A program made the position numbers and the translations under genes. The notes beneath the pieces were generated by a model that saw nothing but the letters and a program-made list of their open reading frames with translations, was not told the DNA's origin and did not search any database. Source: Octopus bimaculoides (lineage: Eukaryota). From it: a stretch of 64,000 nucleotides of DNA. Position 1 is the first letter of the stretch, and every line of letters begins with the position of its first letter. Of the stretch, positions 25,501 through 35,400 are shown piece by piece. Location of the stretch: positions 27,320,991 to 27,384,990 of the forward strand of contig NC_069005.1 of NCBI RefSeq assembly GCF_001194135.2. The letters run 5' to 3'.

Positions 25501-27310
25501 CTTCCTTCGTACGTACGGTTGTTCGTTCGAACGTATGTACCTACGATTGTTCGTTAAATCATTTGTTCTATCGTTCGTTCCTTCTTTCGTTCATTCCTAC
25601 GTTCGTTAATTCTTTCGTTCGTTCGTTGATTCACACGTACGGACGTACGGTTGTTCGTTCGTTACTACGTACGTATGTACAAATTTTCGTTCGTTCCTAC
25701 GTTCGTGCATACCTACGTACGTATGTACGTTCGTTCGTACGTACGTACTTATGTATGTACGTACGTACGTTTGCTCGTCCATCCGTTCGTTCGTTCGTTC
25801 GTACGTAATTACGTTCGTTCGTTCGATCGTTTGTTCGTACTTAAGTACGTACGTACTATCGTTCTTTCGTACTTACGTACGTACGTACTTTCGTTCGTAA
25901 GTACGTATGTTCATTCGTTAGTTCGTTCTTTCTTTCGTTCGTTCGATTGATTGTACGTACGTACGTTCGTTTATTCGTACTATGTACGTTTGTTCGTTCG
26001 TTCATTAATTTAGTTTGCTCAGTCGTTCGTACGTAAGTACGTACGTACGTTTGTTTATTCGTTCCTACGTACGTACATTCGTTCGCTCGTTCGTTCCTAC
26101 GTACGGATGTATGTACGTACGTTCGTTCGTTCGTACGTGCGTTCGTTTGTTCGATCTTTTGTTCGCAAGTGCGTACGTTTGTTCGTGTGTTCATTCGTTC
26201 GTTTGTTCTTTTGTTCGTTCGTACGTACGTTCGTTCGTTCGCTTGTACGTACGGACGTATGTACGCACGTTCGTTCCTTAGCTCGATCGTACGTTTGTTT
26301 GTTCATTCATTTGGTTCATTCTTTCGTTAGTTCGTTCGTAGGTACGTATGTACGATCGTTTGTTCATTCGTGCGTACTTAGGTACGTACAAACGTACGAT
26401 CGTTCGTACGTACTTTTCTACGTACGTATGTTCGTTCGTTCTTTCGGTACTTGGTTCGTTCGTACGTACGTTCGTTCATTCGTACTTACGTACGTTCGAT
26501 CGTTCGTACATACTTACGTTCCTACGTTCGTTCCTTCTTACGTATGAACGTACGTATAAACGTACCACCTTTTGTTCGTTGCTTCGTTCTTTCGTTCGTT
26601 CGTACGCACGCATGTACGTACGTACGAATAGACGTCGTACGTACGTACGCACGTCGTACGTACATACGGACGTCATAGGTTCGTACGTTCGATCGGTTAT
26701 TCGTACTTACGTACGTTTGTACGTACCTTTGTTAGTTCTGTCGTCCTTTCGTTTGTTCGTTCTATCGTTTTTTTTCTTCGTCTGTACGTAGATACGTACG
26801 TACGTTCGTTCATTCGATCGTTCGTTCATTCGATCGTTCGTTTATTCGTACATACATACGAACGTACGTACATTCGTTCGTTCGTACGAACGTTTGTTCG
26901 TTAATTCTTTCGTTCGATCGTTCATCTGTTCGTTCGAACATAAGTTCTTCCGTTCGTACGTATTTACGTACGTTCGTTCTTTTGTTATTTCGATCTTTCG
27001 TTCGTTTGTTCTTTCTTTCGTTCGTACGCACGCGCGTTCGTTCGTTCGTACGTACTTTCGTTCATTCAATCTTTCGCTCGTTCGTACTTATGTACCTATA
27101 TTTGTTCGTTAAATCGTTTGTTCTATCGTTCGATCCTTTTTTCGTTCTTTGATTCTTTCGTTCATTAATTCGTTCGTACGTACGTTCTTTCATTCTTTCG
27201 TTCGTTCATTCGTGCGTACGTACATAAGTACGTACGTACGTAATTACGTTCGTCCGTTCATTCGTTCGTTTCTTCCTTCGTACGTACGGTAGTTCGTTCG
27301 TTCGTTCTTA
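13548..27310. repeat. Large CpG-rich complex satellite of CGAA/CGTA tetramers, with an orientation switch near 21,725
   Basis: Nearly pure (CGAA/CGTA/TGAA/TGTA) on + from ~13,653 to ~21,724 and the reverse complement (TTCG/TACG) from ~21,728 to 27,310; recurrent marker words; several N gaps inside and at both ends. Confidence 0.97.
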
Positions 27311-28061
27311 NNNNNNNNNNNNNNNNNNNNNNNNNNNNNNNNNNNNNNNNNNNNNNNNNNNNNNNNNNNNNNNNNNNNNNNNNNNNNNNNNNNNNNNNNN
27401 NNNNNNNNNNTATATATATAAATATATACATATGTATATATGTTTGTGTGTGTATATATATATATCTGTGTGTTTGTCTTTGAATGTCCCCCCATCACCG
27501 CTTGACAACTGATGCTGGTGTGCTTATGTCCCCCGTAACTTAGCGGTTCAGTGAAAGAGACTGAGAGACTTGATTGTTCAACTAAAGCCCTTTGAGGCGG
27601 AGCTCCAGCACGATGATCGCAGTCAAAAGACTGAAACAAGTAAAACAATAACAGAATAAAAGAAAAAAAAAACTATTACAGTTTTAAGTGCATACAATGT
27701 AATCTGCTAATGTGGTTGTTTGTTTAGAATCTACACAATGGGAGGAAAGAAAAAAGGAAGAGAGGTAAAGGTCTTGATTTAAATAGGATAGTTCTTGTGG
27801 CCAATCCTATTTGAATAGCAGAGTAACTAGTCTGGCTGGTGTTATTTGCTATAGTAGAATGGTAATTAGAGGGAGAGAAAGGGGATTAGGACTTAAGTAG
27901 TTAACACTTCTGTGTATAATTGATGTGTAAACTTGATAACGAAACACAAACAGCGAGGCTCCAGGTACAGCTTCTTGCTAATCTAGGCATAAGAAGAGAT
28001 ACTGTATGACCTTGGAAAAGCACCAATTATTACCATTTGCAATTATTATTTGTATTTGTGG

Positions 28062-28088
28062 TCATGTGTTGCGTATGGATGAGGACAG
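28062..28088 (-). CDS. Probable terminal coding exon LSSSIRNT*
   Basis: Acceptor ttttcatacag, phase 0, TGA at 28062-28064; short, so weak support. Confidence 0.45.
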   Translation of the reverse strand: MSSSIRNT

Positions 28089-31000
28089 CTGTATGAAAAT
28101 GTGTCAGACCCTAGCAGGCAAAGGTTGGTGACAGGAAGAACACCCAGCCATAGAAAATCAGCCTCAAATACACTCCAGCAGAAATAGCAGCCAATTCTCC
28201 CTCGAGTCACAGCCTACTATTTCAGACAATGACATGGACCACTGCATGGTGTCATGTATGTCTTAATGATAGACACAGTAGCCAAATTTCCCTCAGGCAG
28301 CAAACTACTCTCTTATGTATGTTTTTATAAATGCATGAACCAAACAAGTCAGACCTTAGTTTTTGGAGACTGTTCTCTATTAAAGCATATCCTTCTATCT
28401 TTCTGTTTCATATCCCTTTGCTACAAAACCGGGAAACCACTGGATACCTGAGTGATGTATATCATAATAATAATGATATGGTGCAGGCAGTTGGGTTTAA
28501 CTGAGTAGAAGTCTGATAGTGACTATAAGGCCTTGAAGGGATGTGGTAGACATATTTCTGACCATAGATCTGCTGGAATAAAGTATGATCAACACTTAAA
28601 TTACAATAACAGCAACAACTTCTTACCTGAGATTCAATAGTCATTACTTCATTAGTCATCTCTTCATATTGTTCTTTATCTTTGTTGGTCATCATCTCAT
28701 AGTCTTGTTTCCTTCCATTAGTCATCTCTTCACATTGTTGTTTATCTTCATCAGTCATCACCTCATATTCTTGTTTACCTCCATTAGTCATCGCTTCATA
28801 TCGTTGTTTATCTTCGTTAGTCATCTCTTCATACTGTTGTTTACCTCCATTAGTCATCACTTCATATCGTTGTTCACTTTCATTAGCCATCACCTCATAA
28901 TCTTGTTTATCTATATTAGTCATCTCTTGTTGTTTACCTTTGTTAGCCATCACCTCATATTGTTGTTTAACTTGAACACTTTTAACGACAGGATCGCGTG
29001 ATGGTGGTAACTTTTCTAACTCCATTTCATCATACGTCCAACTCGATTGACTTCCACAAATAAATGCTTCATAATTGTCATCTGTTGAATTACAGAAATA
29101 AACAAACACAAGTAAAGTACTGTACTATATGAGGTGTAGTCAAAATGTATCCGACCGTTGGCCAAAAAAACAAGTAATATTTAAAAACTCACCATTTTGA
29201 TTTAGTCTCCTTCAAAGTATTCGCCTTGGGAGTCTACACACTTCTTATTTATTTACTGCCCACAAGGGGCTAAACATAGAGGGGACAAACAAGGACAGAC
29301 AAAGGGATTAAGTCGATTACATCGACCCCCAGTGCGTAATTTATCGACCGTGAAAGGATGAACGGCAAAGTCGACCGCGGCAAAATTTGAACTCAGAACG
29401 TAGCGGCAGACGAAATACCGCAAAGCATTTCGCCCGGCATGCTAACGTTTCATTTCTTTATTGCCCACAAGGGGCTAAACATAGAGGGGACAAACAAGGA
29501 TAGACAAACAGATTAAGTCAATTACATCAACCCCAGTGTGAAACTGGTACTTAATTTATCAACCCTGAAAGGATGAAAGGCAAAGTTGACCTCGGCGGAA
29601 TTTGAACTCAGAACATAACGGCAGATGAAATATTGCTAAGCATTTCGCCCTGCCTTTCGAGTCTACACACTTCTGCCAGCGTTCCTGCCACTGCTGGAAA
29701 CATTTTTGGAAATCACTTTTTGGGATGCTGTAGAGGTGTGCTGTTGAATTTTGCTTAATGTCTGCTGTTGACTCAAATCTTCTCCCTTTGAGCTTTATTT
29801 ATTTATTTTTTTGAGCTTTGAGAATAGCCAAAGATCACACGGAGCCAAGTCTGGGGAGTAGGAAGCCTGACAAACAAGTGGTGTGTTTTGCTTGACGAAG
29901 AATGCTTGGACGACATGGGCGGAATGAGCAGGTGCATTGTCATGGTGGAGTTGCCAGTTCTTGGCTGCCTTCAGGCTGGGTTGTTTTTGCCACATAGCTT
30001 CACAAAGGCGACAAAGAATCCCTAGATAGTATTCTGTGTTAACTGTCTGCTCACACTGTGGCTCACTGTCTACTGAGGTGCAGCCATCTTTAAACTGGTT
30101 GCACCACTCCTTTATATGCATTTTTCTCATAGCATCTGACATTCAACCTTTGACATGACCCAGTTTACCTGCCATTATGATGATAACATCAAGCAATTTA
30201 GTTGTTGTAATGAACAGAAACTCTGACACAGTGCTACATACCTGTATCTGTGGTGACCCTAATAGCAGGGGGTACTGGTATCGTAGGGGGTAAAGGCAGG
30301 TCCAATGGGAGAGGAAACATCTTTTCAGTGTTGAAACTTCTTTTGGCTGCAGAGATCCTGTAGAATTGGAATAAAGATACAATTATTTAGAATTTCTAAA
30401 TGGTTTTCTTGTTGTTCAGCAAAAGCCCTCAGTGCCTTGTGAGTGCCTTAGGAAAAGAAAAGTCTAGCGGTATCAACCATTACTACAATTCAAGGAGCGG
30501 AATTACTCAGGTTGTCCAGTGCTCTCTTTAAAGAGCTCTACTTATACTGGCTACTCCACAACAGTAGTTGCTATCGAACATATATACATATGAGGCAGCT
30601 CTTGTGACATTACTCAACTAGTCAGAAATAGCAACTAAGTTTCTCACAAATCACTCCCAGGCATTTTCAATAAGGCAAAAAACACATTAGGCAATGTAAT
30701 CATAAATAACCTGAAAAATTGGGGATGGCCATACCTAGAATACCAACCTAGACAAAGGACCATAACCTATTCATATAAAGGACCAAAATCTACCCACACA
30801 AAAGACCAACACCTACCCAGAGAAAGGACCAAAAACTTACCTACATAAAGGACCAACATGTACCTAGAGAAAGGACTGAAACCTACCCACTCCAAGGACC
30901 AACACCTATCCACATAAGTAGTCAAAACCTGCCCACACGAAGGCCCAAAATCTATACATAGAAAAAAACCCCAATACCTACCCATGCAAAGGACCAACAC

Positions 31001-32421
31001 CTACCCTCACAAAGAACCAAAGAACATCTCATTACTTCATGGTGTTTATACTTACTTGCAGCAGACTATAATTGTTATAACAATGACCAACAGAATGAAA
31101 AAGGCCACAACAGGAACGCCAACCAGCAACAACAAATCTGGAGAAGAAGAAAAAAAAAAGATACAGAAAAACATACTTCCTCATCATTACTGAAAGCCTG
31201 TGTTCTATGCTGGCATAGGTTGGATGAGTTGACAGAGTCTGATGGGTTCAGTGTCTGCTTTGGCATGGTTTCTACAGCTGGATGCTCTTCCTAATGCCAA
31301 CCGCTTTAAAGTGTGTACTGGGTGCTTTTTTATTGTGCAACCAGCTCTATTCAGGTCATCATTGCAGAGCTCATGAGACTATGAGCCCTGAGGAAGGGGG
31401 GGTCGGCTTTATGCTAGGGGGACATAGAGTAAAAGTATCAGAGGTGGTGAGTGCGTTGCACTGCATGTTTTCTCACATTTAGTAAGGAAGGGAGACATGG
31501 TCAGTGTATGAAAAATACAAGCTGTATGGCGGTTGGTAATAGCGGCTGGAGGGTAATTTTCTAGGTGCAACCCCATGGTCATTTATGACTGAAGGGGGTC
31601 TTTACCCTTTTACCCTATGTACATATAATGGCATAGAGAGGGGAGGCTGGTATGCATGGGCAACTACCGGTCTTCCATAAACAACCTTNNNNNNNNNNNN
31701 NNNNNNNNNNNNNNNNNNNNNNNNNNNNNNNNNNNNNNNNNNNNNNNNNNNNNNNNNNNNNNNNNNNNNNNNNNNNNNNNNNNNNNNNNNNNNNNNNNNN
31801 NNNNNNNNNNNNNNNNNNNNNNNNNNNNNNNNNNNNNNNNNNNNNNNNNNNNNNNNNNNNNNNNNNNNNNNNNNNNNNNNNNNNNNNNNNNNNNNNNNNN
31901 NNNNNNNNNNNNNNNNNNNNNNNNNNNNNNNNNNNNNNNNNNNNNNNNNNNNNNNNNNNNNNNNNNNNNNNNNNNNNNNNNNNNNNNNNNNNNNNNNNNN
32001 NNNNNNNNNNNNNNNNNNNNNNNNNNNNNNNNNNNNNNNNNNNNNNNNNNNNNNNNNNNNNNNNNNNNNNNNNNNNNNNNNNNNNNNNNNNNNNNNNNNN
32101 NNNNNNNNNNNNNNNNNNNNNNNNNNNNNNNNNNNNNNNNNNNNNNNNNNNNNNNNNNNNNNNNNNNNNNNNNNNNNNNNNNNNNNNNNNNNNNNNNNNN
32201 NNNNNNNNNNNNNNNNNNNNNNNNNNNNNNNNNNNNNNNNNNNNNNNNNNNNNNNNNNNNNNNNNNNNNNNNNNNNNNNNNNNNNNNNNNNNNNNNNNNN
32301 NNNNNNNNNNNNNNNNNNNNNNNNNNNNNNNNNNNNNNNNNNNNNNNNNNNNNNNNNNNNNNNNNNNNNNNNNNNNNNNNNNNNNNNNNNNNNNNNNNNN
32401 NNNNNNNNNNNNNNNNNNNNN

Positions 32422-32460
<39 letters not shown>

Positions 32461-35400
32461 CAGACTTCACTCAGTTTCTGTCTACCAAATCCATTCACAA
32501 GGCTTTGGTCAGCCTGAGGCTGCAGTAAAAGACACTTGCCCAAGGTGCCACACAGTGAGACTGAACCCAGAACCATGTGGTTGGGAAGCAAGCTTCTTAC
32601 CACACAGCTGCATTGTGGAAGAATCAACCGTATATTATTGTAAGAATCTGCTAACAGAGAGTTTCACTGTACTGCACAACAACAGTACCTACTCACATCA
32701 AGGTGGACTGTGCCATCCCCTTGCATTTACAGGTGATAAGAATGTTTCACCTGCCTATAGTACATATCTGCAAGTAGATAAATTATGCCATGTGCCGATC
32801 CACAACAGCTCACACATCAAGGTGAACTGCCTTTTCTCCAGTTACAGTTAGTTACTCGACTGTGCCAAGGATATACCACACTAGTGATGTCTACTGGAGA
32901 TATAACACAATAGTGACATCTAGCAAGGATATTATACAGCAATGACATCTACTGAAAATATAACACAGTCATGATATCTAGGTCTACTGAGGAAAATATA
33001 TAGTTCATAGATGAGATCAAGATATTCTCCATATAGAATACACTTAGTTTAAATCAAGAGATTTAAACTTTAATAGGTATAGAAATAAATGTAGGGAAAA
33101 GCAATTTAGACAGGTCAATATATAAAGTATATTAAAAAATGTATATATATATATACACACGAAAAGGTCTGACTTGCACAGAATACAAGTGATATAAAGA
33201 ATTAAAGGGGTTGAAGTATTACAAAAGGATTACTACAGGAGGAAAATATGATGATGATAAAGAGTAATGTGACTTACTTTTCTGACAGTCAGGGCCTTCA
33301 AACCCAGTTTCACACAGGGTCTGTGGACAATAGCCAGTGATGAAATTACATCTGTCACTTTCCAGACAATGACATAGCTGCTGACATAACTTACCAAATG
33401 TACCAGGAAGACAAGCTAAGAAGAAAAGAAAATTAAAAAAATTACTTTCATCGTAACCAACAGAACGCCAGTTATAAATGTTGCCATTCTTCTGCACTGG
33501 AGGATCTTGGTAGACCACAAAGATCTTTAACGATGGTAAAGAATTAAGGATTCTGGCAAACCATGACAGACTTCAAAAATGAGAAACAGTGAAGTACCTT
33601 TGGCAGGCAAAGAAGATCTTTAAAATCAATGGCAGATATGAACTTAATGTTTGGCTAAATGGTTAGGGTATTCGACTAACAAATGTAAGGTTGTAAGTTT
33701 GATACCTGACTGGGTTGTGTGTTGTGTTCTTGAGCAAGACACTTTATTTCATGTTGCTCCAGTCTACTCAGCTCACTCAAGAATGAGTGGTACTTGTATT
33801 TCAAAGGGTTAGCTTTGTCATATTGCTTCATGCTGAATATCCCTGAGAACTACGTTAAAGGTGTTTGTGTGTCTGAGGAGAGCTCTACCACTTGCACATT
33901 AATTCCATGAGCATTAATTCCATGCTTCTGCTAATTGGATCAATTGGAACTCTTATCATAACTGACAATGTGTGTGTGTGTGTGTGTGTATCAAAGAACT
34001 GGTAAAGAAACAAACCTGTTTGGCAATCAGGTCCTGTATAACCTGGCTTGCAGTCATCATTCTCGCATAAACCAGTTTGTCTGTTGCAGAGGGTGTCATT
34101 TTCGCAATGACATGTACCATTACAGAGCACTCCAAAGGTACCATTGGTGCAAGCTGACAATAGAAAAGAAAACAGTTCTTAAATATTCAAATACCAAATC
34201 AAATGACATTTCTAACATTTCTGACAAAATCATAATGATATCTAATCCTTCTGATACCTAGCCATTGCAGACTGCCTCTTGTTACACGATATAAAATCCA
34301 TCTGTTTTTAAATATTTTACATATAGTTATGCTTGTTAAAGAAAACTACCTTTTTTCAAAGCTAGACTGTCTAACATATTTTCCAGTGTACAAATCAATG
34401 TAATATGTAGTGTAAACATTAAAAAATCGTCACTATCTTTCCAAACCCTGCTACATTTCACATGGAATTTTATGTTCCTCCAAAGTTGTCTTGGTGTATA
34501 AGCCAACCCTGCTTTTGGGGGCTGTGGGATGAAAAATTTGACTTCTATGCCAGAAAATATGGTTAAGTAGGTGTGCACGTGAAAGGTATAAACTGTTTCA
34601 CCTGATCAACATACTTTTAAAACAACTCGTTAATTATTATTTCTCAGCCATTCGAATACTTAAAATACTCTTCTTGGTCCCAACATCGTCGATAAACAAG
34701 AAATACATTGGAGACTCATTCAAGCATTCAAGACAAATGATAAAAAATTGTCAATAAATTCTAGCAGTCCATGCCATATATACACAGGCATGCAGGAAGT
34801 AAATAGACACCTTTAATTTTCAAAATTTCTGATCTAAGCATCTTAATATGTTTGCAGCTGTGTAGAATTTACAAAGTAATTATTCTTTTTCATTCCAGGT
34901 GCCATTATATTAAACATTTGCGAAGAGTAACCATGCCACACACAAAAAATTTAGCAGAACTGTCAGATTTTCAAAGAGGTCGTATTGCTGGGCAATCTGA
35001 GGCTGGTCTTAGCCAGGGAAAAATTGCCGAAAATCTTCAAATTCCTCTTGCTATTGTTAATAGAATTANNNNNNNNNNNNNNNNNNNNNNNNNNNNNNNN
35101 NNNNNNNNNNNNNNNNNNNNNNNNNNNNNNNNNNNNNNNNNNNNNNNNNNNNNNNNNNNNNNNNNNNNNNNNNNNNNNNNNNNNNNNNNNNNNNNNNNNN
35201 NNNNNNNNNNNNNNNNNNNNNNNNNNNNNNNNNNNNNNNNNNNNNNNNNNNNNNNNNNNNNNNNNNNNNNNNNNNNNNNNNNNNNNNNNNNNNNNNNNNN
35301 NNNNNNNNNNNNNNNNNNNNNNNNNNNNNNNNNNNNNNNNNNNNNNNNNNNNNNNNNNNNNNNNNNNNNNNNNNNNNNNNNNNNNNNNNNNNNNNNNNNN

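Noticed and set aside
13548-27310. Many long ORFs (FVRS/YVRT/TNER repeats, up to 672 aa with Ns) in the satellite
   Set aside because: They occur in all frames on both strands because the tetramer repeats seldom form stops; no splice or domain signal. Artefacts of low complexity.
28669-29001. 110-aa plus-strand ORF (ISHH repeats)
   Set aside because: Antisense shadow of the YExM exon; the minus-strand frame has the splice sites and phase continuity.
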